This document shows, in pieces, positions 1 through 9,344 of a stretch of 64,000 nt of DNA (its first letter is position 1; every line of letters begins with the position of its first letter). The notes below the pieces were generated by a model. That model saw only the letters and a list, made by a program, of their open reading frames with translations. It was not told the origin of the DNA and did not search any database. Source of the DNA: an uncultured bacterium. GTDB taxonomy: Bacteria > Armatimonadota > HRBIN16. The position numbers and the translations under genes were made by a program. The stretch lies in the NCBI GenBank assembly GCA_964519405.1, contig CAZFLA010000001.1, positions 29,956-93,955 on the forward strand, given 5' to 3'.

Positions 1-351
1 GCATGCCCACGAAAGATGCTGCTTCGAAGTTACTTTATAACTCTCTATTAACTTGAAGGGTTGAAAGTATCCGCTGCCGTCCTTTGCAGCATGTTGATCA
101 TCCATACGATTTGTGCCGAGTGTGACCAGCTTGTTGTCGGTAAACTGTGATGCGATATATTGCTGAGCGCAGCGTCCGCCAGGGGTGTTAGTGCCGCGCC
201 CCTGCATCTGCGGTGAGCAAAACGCCGTGTTCAGCGTATTCAGATGGGCTTTGCTGAGGGCGTCTGCTGCGGCATTCGGAAGCACTACCACACTGACCGC
301 AGCGAGTATACCTAGCTGGACGGCGATACGTTTGGTGATACTATTCACCAT
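1..351 (-). CDS. Partial hypothetical secreted protein; the 5' part lies in the window and the 3' end runs off the window start
   Basis: Hand translation of the reverse strand from an ATG at 351 gives at least 117 codons without a stop. The N-terminus MVNSITKRIAVQLGILAAVSVVVLPNAAADA looks like a signal peptide. It lies immediately downstream of surE on the same strand. Confidence 0.3.
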   Translation of the reverse strand, partial: MVNSITKRIAVQLGILAAVSVVVLPNAAADALSKAHLNTLNTAFCSPQMQGRGTNTPGGRCAQQYIASQFTDNKLVTLGTNRMDDQHAAKDGSGYFQPFKLIESYKVTSKQHLSWAC

Positions 352-352
352 G

Positions 353-1111
353 TTATTCGATCTGCCAACTCTGCATCTGGCTCAGCGTGGCATCATCGGT
401 AAGGTTCATCTGGAGGGGAGTGATCGCCACATATCCGGCTCTCACTGTTTCGACATCACTGTCAGCCGCTTCGCCAGATTCCACGGGTCGTCCTGTAAGC
501 CAGTAATAACTGCCGCCCCGCGGATCTTTTCGGGCATCAACCCGGTCGATATATTGCTTGCGGCCCATGCGACAGAGCTTCATGCCCTTTACACGCTCCC
601 ACGGCGCGTTAGGCGCGTTGATATTCAGCAGCGTGGTGTCCGGTAGACCGTGTTCCAGCACCTTCTGCGCAACGCTAGCAACTGCGTGTTCTGCAGCGTC
701 ATAGTCGCATATGCTGGAGTTGCAGCAGGTGCTGACAGCGATGCTGGCAATGCCAAAAGTAGTTGCTTCCATGGCGGCTGCGAGAGTGCCGGAATAGAAT
801 ACATCCCAACCCATATTAGGCCCGAGGTTAATCCCACTGACAACCAGATCGCATTGATAGTCGAGTAATGTCGATATCGCCAGTGTCACGCAGTCAGAGG
901 GAGTACCGCTGCAGCAGAACCCTTCGCTGTCGTCAGCCAGATGGGCGTGTTTCATCCGAAGCGGCTTATGCAGCGTGATCGCATGGCTGGCGCCGCTTCG
1001 CGGTTTCTCCGGTGCCACCACTACGATGTCACCAAGATGCGCTAACGCTCGGCGCAGCTTCCATAAACCTTCTGCATGAATTCCATCGTCATTTGATAGT
1101 AGTATTTTCAT
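353..1111 (-). CDS. surE: 5'/3'-nucleotidase SurE
   Basis: N-terminus MKILLSNDDGIHAEGL plus a conserved SurE core. Length 252 aa. Confidence 0.9.
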   Translation of the reverse strand: MKILLSNDDGIHAEGLWKLRRALAHLGDIVVVAPEKPRSGASHAITLHKPLRMKHAHLADDSEGFCCSGTPSDCVTLAISTLLDYQCDLVVSGINLGPNMGWDVFYSGTLAAAMEATTFGIASIAVSTCCNSSICDYDAAEHAVASVAQKVLEHGLPDTTLLNINAPNAPWERVKGMKLCRMGRKQYIDRVDARKDPRGGSYYWLTGRPVESGEAADSDVETVRAGYVAITPLQMNLTDDATLSQMQSWQIE

Positions 1112-1172
1112 AACACCTTCAGCTTAGCATACGTAGATAGTGATAAACAGATTACAGGCTTATTTCAACAAC

Positions 1173-1200
1173 AAAGGACGGCAAATATTTGCCGTCCTTT
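1173..1200 (-). terminator. Perfect 28-nt palindrome AAAGGACGGCAAATATTTGCCGTCCTTT downstream of the 1222..1551 gene. Putative transcription terminator or hairpin.
   Basis: Palindrome seen directly in the intergenic sequence. The flanking T-tract is weak. Confidence 0.3.
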
Positions 1201-1221
1201 ATGATAATCATGCCATATCGA

Positions 1222-1551
1222 CTAGAATATTTCAGAAACATTCCAGCAGAAGAGGCGCAACGGCACATGACGGGGAACACGTGATTCGCGTAGGTCTGTC
1301 ACACACTGCTTAAGGCGCTCATACTGCTCCTTGGTGCACGCACAATAGATCATTGTGTTGATACCAGGCCACACCGGCGAATTATCACGCCGGCCGTTTT
1401 CGCTGAATCCAGTGGCGTTCTGAGTCACCGTATAACCGGGTAAACCCGCTTCGTCCATGGATCTCAGCATATGCGCAGATACACCTTCATCGCACGTAAT
1501 CAATGCCATTACCAACTCGTCACACATGATATGACCTTCCTTAGTCCTCAA
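1222..1551 (-). CDS. Small P-II-like (GlnB/DUF190-like fold) protein of uncertain function. The start may be an internal Met about 8 codons in.
   Basis: About 100 aa. The pattern ...LITCDEG...GLPGYTVTQNATGFSENG... resembles the P-II family beta-alpha-beta / T-loop arrangement. Overlaps the trpB2 stop. Confidence 0.4.
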   Translation of the reverse strand: MRTKEGHIMCDELVMALITCDEGVSAHMLRSMDEAGLPGYTVTQNATGFSENGRRDNSPVWPGINTMIYCACTKEQYERLKQCVTDLRESRVPRHVPLRLFCWNVSEIF

Positions 1552-2851
1552 GCTTACCGTTGAGGTATGAATCGTAAGCAGGCAGATCGAGCTGGCCGTT
1601 ACCGCTGATGTTCATCAAGATAACGCGCTCTTTACCTTCTTCTTTAGCCTTCAGAGCTTCGTCGATGGCTGCGCTGATGGCATGGCTAGACTCAGGAGCT
1701 GGCAGCAATCCTTCTGCACGCGCGAAGCATACAGCAGCTTCAAATGCCTTGGTTTGTGGTAATACCACGGCTTCCATGAGCCCATGTTCGTATGCATGGC
1801 TGACTGCAGGACCCATACCATGATATCTTAGCCCGCCAGCATGGATACTCGGTGGCATATATTCGCAGCCCAGAGTGTACATTTTCATCAGCGGGGTCAT
1901 CATAGCGGTATCGCCAAAGTCGTAGCGTAACTCACCCTTAGTCAGGCTGGGGCAGCTAGCAGGTTCAGCGGCGATGCATCGCACCTGCTTGGTGTTTTCG
2001 CCTCGCAATGTGCGTCCAATCCATGGGAACGCGATGCCGGCAAAGTTGGAGCCGCCGCCTACACAAGCGATGACTACATCCGGTTCCTCACCGGCCATTT
2101 CCATCTGGGTGATAGTTTCCTGTCCGATGATGGTTTGGTGTAAGCAAACATGGTTCATGACGCTTCCCAACGAATACTTGGTTCCAGGATGTGTGACGGT
2201 GTCTTCAACGGCTTCGGAAATAGCAATGCCGAGGCTGCCCGGGCAGTCAGGATCCTGTTCTAATACTTTCCGACCGTATGCGGTATTGTTGCTTGGGCTA
2301 GCGTAGACCTTACCGCCAAAGGTCTGCATCATCAAACCGCGATAGGGTTTTGTTTCGTAACTGACCTTTACTTGGTAGATAATACATTCGATATCGAACA
2401 TTGCACAAGCGATAGCTAAACTAGCACCCCATTGGCCTGCACCGGTTTCGGTTGCGAGACGGGTGGTTCCTGCTAGTTTATTGAAGTAAACCTGAGCAAC
2501 GGCAGTGTTTGGTTTGTGGCTGCCTGCAGGGCTATTTCCTTCATACTTATAGTAGATATGTGCAGGGGTATCCAAAATCTGTTCTAACCGGCGAGCACGG
2601 AATAGTGTGCTGGGTCGCCACTTAGTATATATGTCACGAACTACATCGGGGATTTCAATCCAACGCTCAGTTGACAGCTCTTGCTCAATGAGGTTGCGTG
2701 GGAAAATAGCCTCAAGCTCTTCCGGCTTTAGCGGCTCTTTTGTACCCGGATTAATCATTGGAGCCATAGGCTCTTTATAATCGGATGCTATATTGTACCA
2801 ATGTGTTGGTATTTGGCGGGTCGTGAGATCAATTCTATTGTCGTAATGCAA
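1541..2851 (-). CDS. trpB: TrpB2-type tryptophan synthase beta-subunit-like PLP enzyme
   Basis: 436 aa. PLP-lysine motif GNSPAGSHKPN, glycine-rich GGGSNFAG, and the N-terminal extension typical of TrpB2. No trpA is nearby. Confidence 0.85.
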   Translation of the reverse strand: MHYDNRIDLTTRQIPTHWYNIASDYKEPMAPMINPGTKEPLKPEELEAIFPRNLIEQELSTERWIEIPDVVRDIYTKWRPSTLFRARRLEQILDTPAHIYYKYEGNSPAGSHKPNTAVAQVYFNKLAGTTRLATETGAGQWGASLAIACAMFDIECIIYQVKVSYETKPYRGLMMQTFGGKVYASPSNNTAYGRKVLEQDPDCPGSLGIAISEAVEDTVTHPGTKYSLGSVMNHVCLHQTIIGQETITQMEMAGEEPDVVIACVGGGSNFAGIAFPWIGRTLRGENTKQVRCIAAEPASCPSLTKGELRYDFGDTAMMTPLMKMYTLGCEYMPPSIHAGGLRYHGMGPAVSHAYEHGLMEAVVLPQTKAFEAAVCFARAEGLLPAPESSHAISAAIDEALKAKEEGKERVILMNISGNGQLDLPAYDSYLNGKLED

Positions 2852-2895
2852 TGGAAATCCTCCGAAAGGTTAATGATTGTAAATAATACCTAAAA

Positions 2896-4500
2896 CTAGT
2901 GTACACCAACTGTATTTTGCTTGCCTGCACTGATGGCTTCTCGTAGCGCCTCACCGATACTGGTCTCACCCTCCGTCTGTTGGGCTGCGTCGTTGTTGGT
3001 GATCGCATCAGTCAGTGTGGCCAAGCCATTCTTAAGTAATACACAACTAAGTTTATAGCCCTCATGCTGCGTTATCTGCTGAGGAGTCGGGACAAGTCCC
3101 GACACATAGCCATAAAGCTTCTCAGCTTCGTTGCTGTGTGTTGTGAGTTCATTGTAAAGCTGTTCGCGAGTGGTCTTTTTGTCTTTCTGCGACTTAATAG
3201 CATCGGTGCTAAGCTGACAGATCTTTTGAATAGAAGGATACAAGTCAGCAACCAGGCTGCCGAAAATATCTGATCGTGTGGTTTCATCGGTATCAGGAAC
3301 CAACTTGTAGATCTGAGTGACCATATTGGCAGCGTCGGTAAATTGGTTTTTCAATGCGTAAAGATGAGCCAATTTCATGTATGGTTCGTAATGATCTTTG
3401 GCTGCATCAAGAGTCTTCTTAAGCAGTGTTTCGGCTTCGTTAAGACGTCCGTTGTTCCACAAAACATCTACCAACCGCAAAGCTATCTGCACGTTTGATG
3501 GGTCTTTGTCGAGCATTTGCCGAAATAGTTTCTCGGCTTCTTCTGGCTGATCAGCAGATACATACGCATCAGCGAGTGGACCTGCTAGTTCCGACACTGC
3601 TCCAATAAGTTCCGTGGCCCGTTTGGCTTCATTCAACGCTTCCGTATCCATCTTCAGTTTAAGATAGGCGTTTATAAGCTTCGCACGCGGAGCTGGTTGA
3701 AGCGGCTGTAAACTGATGGCATCACGGTATTTCGCGATGGCTAATGCAAGATCACCGGCTTGCAAGGCGCGATCACCAGCTTCTTCGTTCTGCTTCGATA
3801 AACTCGATGTATCACCCGTCGGTTCAGCAGGGCTTTCTGGAGCAACTGCTGCAGGTGCAGGTGTTGATGTCTCTTTAGTGGGTGCTTCGATCATCGCCGT
3901 GCCGTTCAAGGGCTCTGCAACAAGTTTGGTCGAAAGCGTTGATGCGGCTGTTCGTGCGGTGCTAATTCTGTCAATCTCTTTGTTTGATCCGCGGTAAATG
4001 ACAGGGGAATCAAACTTGTTTTGCCATGTCTGATTGCTATTTGTTGCTTTCCATACGGCCGATATGCGCAGTGTCATGTTCTTCGTGAATTTAACAGGTT
4101 GTTTATTTTTAGTTTTCTTTGCGATTTGTTTCGAAGGAGTAACCTGAACGGTATCTTCTACGAGCTGAGCTGAAATCTGCAATGAAGCCTGTGCGCCTAA
4201 CGCTGCCGATATGGCAAGCTGCTGGGTTGCATTAGGTGCGGCTATCGCTAAGTTTTTGTCAATTGAACCTTCTGCGACAAGTCGTTGGATGAACGGCTCT
4301 GAAGGTTGGTAAACCAGTGAGTCCGCTCGCTTCGTCTGCTCTATCTGCTCGCTTAAGGCTGCCGTAATTGGAAACGCCGATTCTGCGCTGTCAATCTGGT
4401 AGATAACAACCAACGGCCGCTTCTCCTTGGTTTGAGCTTCGACCGTGGAGAAGGCTGCTATACACATCACAAAACACAGAATGAAACCTAGTCGCCGCAT
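2896..4500 (-). CDS. Secreted tetratricopeptide-repeat protein
   Basis: N-terminal signal peptide MRRLGFILCFVMCIAAFSTVEA. TPR-like helical repeats in the C-terminal third. S/T/A-rich linker. Confidence 0.6.
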   Translation of the reverse strand: MRRLGFILCFVMCIAAFSTVEAQTKEKRPLVVIYQIDSAESAFPITAALSEQIEQTKRADSLVYQPSEPFIQRLVAEGSIDKNLAIAAPNATQQLAISAALGAQASLQISAQLVEDTVQVTPSKQIAKKTKNKQPVKFTKNMTLRISAVWKATNSNQTWQNKFDSPVIYRGSNKEIDRISTARTAASTLSTKLVAEPLNGTAMIEAPTKETSTPAPAAVAPESPAEPTGDTSSLSKQNEEAGDRALQAGDLALAIAKYRDAISLQPLQPAPRAKLINAYLKLKMDTEALNEAKRATELIGAVSELAGPLADAYVSADQPEEAEKLFRQMLDKDPSNVQIALRLVDVLWNNGRLNEAETLLKKTLDAAKDHYEPYMKLAHLYALKNQFTDAANMVTQIYKLVPDTDETTRSDIFGSLVADLYPSIQKICQLSTDAIKSQKDKKTTREQLYNELTTHSNEAEKLYGYVSGLVPTPQQITQHEGYKLSCVLLKNGLATLTDAITNNDAAQQTEGETSIGEALREAISAGKQNTVGVH

Positions 4501-5801
4501 GCTCGTAACCCCTGTTCTGCGTTCTCTCTATCACGTGTTGCTTGAGCTACATTAACGCCTCGTGATATGGCATCATTTGCCTTCTTTAGTGCGTCTTGAT
4601 AGGCTCTGCGGGCATCTTGTACGTTATTCAAACGCCGATGAGCTTGTGCAATGTTATTGCTGACACTTGCGGAGTTTGCTCCGTAGGACTGAGCGGCTTT
4701 GTAACTGTCCAACGCGCCCCGATAGTCACCACTTGACGCTTTCTCAGAAGCGATACGCAGCAGCGTATCGACTTCGGTTCCGCCAGATTGGGTTGGCTTA
4801 GGTCTAGATGGCGCACCGCTGCTTACCGTAATTTCATATATGCCTTTTGGAGCCGTATCTCGTGGCTCGGGTTGTTTTACAGCCGCCTCGACAGGTGTTT
4901 CCTTAACACGTTCTGGTTCGCGTGTTTCGGTTTCGCTGCGGGGTGTGGCAGTTATTGGCGGTAAGGCTGGCAGTGCTGATAGACCTGATCCTGAGTTGCT
5001 GCTGCGCGGCTGATAACTCGGTGTGCGCTCGGGCTGCTGCAACAGCGGATTGACCTGCGGCGTTTGTGAGGCTTGCTGTTGTGCTCCGCCGGCAACATAT
5101 GGCTGTATGGAGTTTGAGTTTGCTGGTAAAGCAGTTTGGTCAGTAGGCTGAGTATTTTGAGGCAAGCCGACACTATTCGGTAATGCCGGTGCACCCGTAT
5201 CTGTCATATTGGTTGTTGAAGCGGGGCGTGCTGCAGAGTGTCGGTTCATATTCATGTTCAGTGTTATTGCACCAAGAACAAATACTACTGCTGCAGAACC
5301 TATGGCGATCCATATTGGGCTAATGGGTTTACGCTCTATGACCGGAGCTGACGGTAGACTTATTCCGTTGTTAACGCGACCGAAACCAAGCTGCTGCTGA
5401 AGCTCTTCTAGCCGAATTCGATCGGCTACACTGCCCGGATTGAGCTGAGTGACGACTTTTAGGTGCTCCACAGCTAAGGCTGTTTTTTCCAGCTTTTCAT
5501 AAATGATAGCCATCATCGAATGTGCGCTGGTGTTTGACTTGTCAACTTCCAAGATGGCTTCGCATATCACTAAAGCTTCTTGGTAAGCACCTTCCGATTG
5601 GCTGCGCATGGCATCCTGCAATAGTTCTTCGATGCGATGCTCTACACCAACGGCAGCGCTAGCACCCTCTGGATTGGGTGCATCGATGGCGCTAAGGAGC
5701 TCTTCTTGAAGGGCGTTGCCGCTTTGCGTCAGTCGATGACCACATCGCTTGCAAAACCGACTTCCTTCAACAGCTTCAAATCCGCAATCAGGACAAAACA
5801 T
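4488..5801 (-). CDS. Zinc-ribbon / TPR membrane protein with a Pro/Gln-rich low-complexity region
   Basis: N-terminus FCPDCGFE...FCKRCGH zinc ribbon, TPR-like segment, one TM helix (IWIAIGSAAVVFVLGAI), P/Q/S-rich tract, C-terminal TPR. Overlaps the downstream gene by 13 nt. Confidence 0.6.
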   Translation of the reverse strand: MFCPDCGFEAVEGSRFCKRCGHRLTQSGNALQEELLSAIDAPNPEGASAAVGVEHRIEELLQDAMRSQSEGAYQEALVICEAILEVDKSNTSAHSMMAIIYEKLEKTALAVEHLKVVTQLNPGSVADRIRLEELQQQLGFGRVNNGISLPSAPVIERKPISPIWIAIGSAAVVFVLGAITLNMNMNRHSAARPASTTNMTDTGAPALPNSVGLPQNTQPTDQTALPANSNSIQPYVAGGAQQQASQTPQVNPLLQQPERTPSYQPRSSNSGSGLSALPALPPITATPRSETETREPERVKETPVEAAVKQPEPRDTAPKGIYEITVSSGAPSRPKPTQSGGTEVDTLLRIASEKASSGDYRGALDSYKAAQSYGANSASVSNNIAQAHRRLNNVQDARRAYQDALKKANDAISRGVNVAQATRDRENAEQGLRACGD

Positions 5802-5815
5802 TGATTCAACCTCCT

Positions 5816-6859
5816 CTAGAAGAGCCTCTGGTCGTTATTTCTGGGCAGCGGTACATCGAGGTGCTCAAATGCTCGCTGCGTTGCCATCCGTCCTCTAGGC
5901 GTGCGGTTAAGCATGCCGATTTGAATGAGGTATGGTTCATATACATCCTCTATCGTATCGCGTTCTTCATTTAGTGCAGCAGCCAATGTATCTATGCCGA
6001 CAGGCCCGCCGTCGAATTTTTCTACGAGCAGCAGTAGGAACCGCCGGTCGAATTCGTCTAGACCAAGGCTGTCAACATTAAGTTGGCGCAAGGCGTGATC
6101 TGCCAACGCTTGTGTGATATTCCCGTTGTTTTGTATCTGCGCATAATCACGCACTCGTCGAAGCAGTCTGTTGGCAATTCGGGGGGTACCACGGCTGCGG
6201 AGTGCGATTTCAGCAGAACCTTCTTCATCTATGGTTACACCCAGGATATCAGCACTTCTGCCGATGATGATCCGCAGTTCGTCGGGTTGGTAAAACTGGA
6301 AATAGTTGATTATGCCAAAACGGGCTCGGAGTGGGGATGTGAGCAATCCGGCTCGGGTGGTGGCGCCGACTAATGTAAACTTTGGAAGATCGATCTTGAT
6401 GGTTCGGGCCGCAGGCCCTTTGCCAATGATCAAGTCGATTTGATAGTCTTCCATAGCTGGGTAGAGTATCTCTTCAACCGGCCGCGATAATCGGTGGATT
6501 TCGTCGATAAACAACACCGAATTGGGCTCAAGGTTGGTCAGTATCGCCGCAAGATCTCCAGGCCGCTCAATAGCTGGCCCCGAGGTGCTCCTAATGGTGG
6601 TGTTCATTTCGTGAGCGATGATATTGGCTAATGTTGTTTTTCCAAGGCCAGGAGGCCCGTACAACAAGGCGTGATCCAGCGGCTCGCTTCGACCTTGAGC
6701 GGCTTGGATAAAAATGTTCAGATTGTCCTTAAGCTGGTTCTGCCCAATAAACTCACGCAGACGCCGGGGGCGAAGGCTTAACTCCTCTTCGGCTTCACGT
6801 GTTGTTTGCTCGGGTGAGACTATTCTATCGAACTCAACGCCGGTAAAATCCGACACCAA
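5816..6859 (-). CDS. ruvB: Holliday junction branch-migration helicase RuvB
   Basis: [12 protein letters not shown]...[14 protein letters not shown] Walker A, and RuvB sensor motifs. Confidence 0.93.
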   Translation of the reverse strand: MVSDFTGVEFDRIVSPEQTTREAEEELSLRPRRLREFIGQNQLKDNLNIFIQAAQGRSEPLDHALLYGPPGLGKTTLANIIAHEMNTTIRSTSGPAIERPGDLAAILTNLEPNSVLFIDEIHRLSRPVEEILYPAMEDYQIDLIIGKGPAARTIKIDLPKFTLVGATTRAGLLTSPLRARFGIINYFQFYQPDELRIIIGRSADILGVTIDEEGSAEIALRSRGTPRIANRLLRRVRDYAQIQNNGNITQALADHALRQLNVDSLGLDEFDRRFLLLLVEKFDGGPVGIDTLAAALNEERDTIEDVYEPYLIQIGMLNRTPRGRMATQRAFEHLDVPLPRNNDQRLF

Positions 6860-6900
6860 CTAACCTCTTTACTGCATATCAAGTTTGGAAAAACAACTGG

Positions 6901-7515
6901 CTAGTTTTGGCCAGCCGTAAGTATTTGAAGCGCCAGTTTAATTAAGCTGCCCGCATCTTTAGCCGCGGAATCAACCGATAATGCTCTTTCAACAGCGGTG
7001 CGCGCATCCTGCCTATGATATCCCAGCCCAATAAGTGCCGTGATGGCATCATCGGCAGGGGCAATCACACGCTTGGCCGCATTTTGCTGATCGAACCGAG
7101 ACAGCAGACTCATCTCTGAGGCTTTCTCTTTTAGGTCGATCACAATACGCTGCGCGGTTTTAGCTCCAATACCAGGTGCTTTTGTGATGGTGCGTGTGTC
7201 GTCAGAGGCGATTAACTGCACCATCTGTGCGGCTCCAAATGTGCTCAACAACGAAAGAGCCGCTCGCGGTCCCACTCCACTAACTGTGAGCAGAAGCTCG
7301 AACAGCTTGCATTCCGCGTCATCGCTAAAGCCATATAGGGTTAACTCATCTTCACGAACGTGAAGATGAGTGGTAAAGATGACTTCTTCACCGATTGCGG
7401 GTAACGCGGTCAGCGTGGAGTCCGGCAATAACACACGATATCCAATTCCATTGACGTCTACAATGGCAGAAATGTTATCGGAGCTCACAAGCTCACCGCG
7501 TATACGTGCAATCAT
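6901..7515 (-). CDS. ruvA: Holliday junction DNA-binding protein RuvA
   Basis: N-terminus MIARIRGEL..., HhH motifs (GVGPRAALSLL, GIGAKTAQRI), C-terminal domain. 204 aa. Confidence 0.9.
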   Translation of the reverse strand: MIARIRGELVSSDNISAIVDVNGIGYRVLLPDSTLTALPAIGEEVIFTTHLHVREDELTLYGFSDDAECKLFELLLTVSGVGPRAALSLLSTFGAAQMVQLIASDDTRTITKAPGIGAKTAQRIVIDLKEKASEMSLLSRFDQQNAAKRVIAPADDAITALIGLGYHRQDARTAVERALSVDSAAKDAGSLIKLALQILTAGQN

Positions 7516-7519
7516 TTAG

Positions 7520-8389
7520 CTATTCAATAACCTTGCGAAGTGTATACTCAACGAGGCCGTTAGCGCCGGCTCGTCTGAGTGCCGGGATCATATCGCGAGC
7601 TACCTTCTGATCGAGTATGGTCTCAACGGCTACCCAACTCTTATCAGATAATGGGCTGATCGTTGGGTTCTTCAGAGCAGGCAAAATCCCTAGCACCTCT
7701 TGAATGGCGTCTACTGGTACGTTCATTTTCAAACCAACCAGGTTTTCGGCATTCAATGCAGCTTGAAGAAGCATCGCCAGGTTTTCGGCCTTTTCGCGCT
7801 TCCAAGGATCTTCGTAAGCTTTCTTGTTCATGACCAACCGCGGAGTAGACACGATGATCGTATCGATGATCTCAAGGTGGTGTGCACGAAGACTGCTGCC
7901 TGTCTCTGTGTTTACGACGATAGCGTCTACGAGGCTTGGCACTTTCATTTCACAGGCGCCCCAGCTAAACTCAACATCTGCGTGAACCCCGTGAGATTCC
8001 AGATATCGCTCAGTTAAACGCACATACTCCGTTGCGATGCGCTTACCCTCTAGATCCTTTACGCACTTAATGGGGTCATCATGGTGGACGGCCAATACAA
8101 CGCGTACCGGATTGCGTGTGACCTTACTGTAGGTGAGGTCGCATAATTCAACAACATCGACTGCGTTGTCTTCTATCCAGTCTTTTCCGCTAATACCACA
8201 GTCAATAACACCCATCTGCACGTAACGAGGGATCTCTTGAGGGCGAATTAGTCGAGGAGTGATCTCCTTATCGTCGATTTCTGGCTCGTATGAACGAGCA
8301 GAAACACGAAAATCAAATCCTGAGCGTTTGAATAGTTCAAACGTTGATTCTTGTAAGCTGCCTTTTGGAAGGCCTATTTTTAGGGTCAC
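7520..8389 (-). CDS. hisG: ATP phosphoribosyltransferase, long form HisG
   Basis: LKIGLPKGSL N-terminus and 289-aa length with the C-terminal regulatory domain. Confidence 0.88.
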   Translation of the reverse strand: MTLKIGLPKGSLQESTFELFKRSGFDFRVSARSYEPEIDDKEITPRLIRPQEIPRYVQMGVIDCGISGKDWIEDNAVDVVELCDLTYSKVTRNPVRVVLAVHHDDPIKCVKDLEGKRIATEYVRLTERYLESHGVHADVEFSWGACEMKVPSLVDAIVVNTETGSSLRAHHLEIIDTIIVSTPRLVMNKKAYEDPWKREKAENLAMLLQAALNAENLVGLKMNVPVDAIQEVLGILPALKNPTISPLSDKSWVAVETILDQKVARDMIPALRRAGANGLVEYTLRKVIE

Positions 8390-8460
8390 AGTTATATAAC
8401 ACCTTTCGGTAGAATATCCAGATTTCCAATTTCATTGTACCAACATGCTCCGTACAGCAC

Positions 8461-8493
8461 AAAAAATGCTCTGCCCAGTGTTTCGGGCAGAGC
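8461..8493 (-). terminator. Rho-independent terminator of the 8517..9176 gene
   Basis: GCTCTGCCC-loop-GGGCAGAGC stem followed on the minus strand by a TTTTTT run. Confidence 0.7.
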
Positions 8494-8516
8494 GAATATC
8501 GTGTGTTGCGAAGATA

Positions 8517-9176
8517 TTAGTAGTCGTTAACCGTTTGATCGGGGTCGGTACCAAAACCTTCGTTGGCTCGGTTGCCTTTTGGACGAACCTGGTTAGTGCG
8601 AGTATTAAATGTTGTGTTTCGTCGAGTCTGTACCCTTGTCGTTTTGACCTGGTTTCGACGCTGCATTTCAATTCGCCGTTTATCTTGCTCCGACATGGTG
8701 CCGGCACCCGTCCATGTTCCTGTCGCTGAAGTATCGGAAGTGGGGCTAACACCTGGCCTGGTTATGCCGGGACGCACAGTTTGAGTACCTTGCATACTAC
8801 CCTGGCCTTTAGAGCTGAAGCCGGAAGAGCTTTCACCTCCACTACCTGGTGATTTCGGTGACATCATTGATGGAGACATCTCTTTGCCCATACCAGGAGG
8901 TGTTACCATAGTTGGCCCCGCACTCTGTTTGCTTTGAGACACGGCGAATATGATAATCGCAATCACGGCCACCACGAGCAACCCGATAGCTACTGGCAGT
9001 GGAACCTTGCTTAAAGCAGACTCACCGCTCTGAGAGGAAGCTCCAGATGCGGATCCACCAGAGCCCTTCTTTTTGCCGTTTTTTCGTTGTTCCTCTAGTT
9101 GCTTAAGGTCACTTTGTATGGAATCCCAGTCCAGCGAATCGTTCTGGGAATCATTGAGATTTTTGTTGTCTGCCAT
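8517..9176 (-). CDS. Single-pass membrane protein with S/G/T-rich low-complexity regions. The start was moved to MADNKNL, which has an AGGAA RBS.
   Basis: TM helix VPLPVAIGLLVVAVIAIIIFAV. G/S-rich regions on both sides. Basic C-terminus. No recognisable domain. Confidence 0.55.
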   Translation of the reverse strand: MADNKNLNDSQNDSLDWDSIQSDLKQLEEQRKNGKKKGSGGSASGASSQSGESALSKVPLPVAIGLLVVAVIAIIIFAVSQSKQSAGPTMVTPPGMGKEMSPSMMSPKSPGSGGESSSGFSSKGQGSMQGTQTVRPGITRPGVSPTSDTSATGTWTGAGTMSEQDKRRIEMQRRNQVKTTRVQTRRNTTFNTRTNQVRPKGNRANEGFGTDPDQTVNDY

Positions 9177-9344
9177 GATGTTCCTGCTTTCGCGAATCAA
9201 TTGCTCGCTTTATCGTTAAGGCGAGTAAAAAGTATGCTGCCTAACTTATGGTATGGGATATACAGATTTGATGCAAGCCGTAAACCCTCACATACCATAA
9301 CGAACTAAGGCGCAACGATGCCTATGGTGTTGATCCCATGTTCA

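Noticed and set aside
185-646. 153-aa plus-strand ORF
   Set aside because: It lies antisense within and across the surE coding region and the partial upstream gene. It shows no motifs or RBS and is a shadow ORF.
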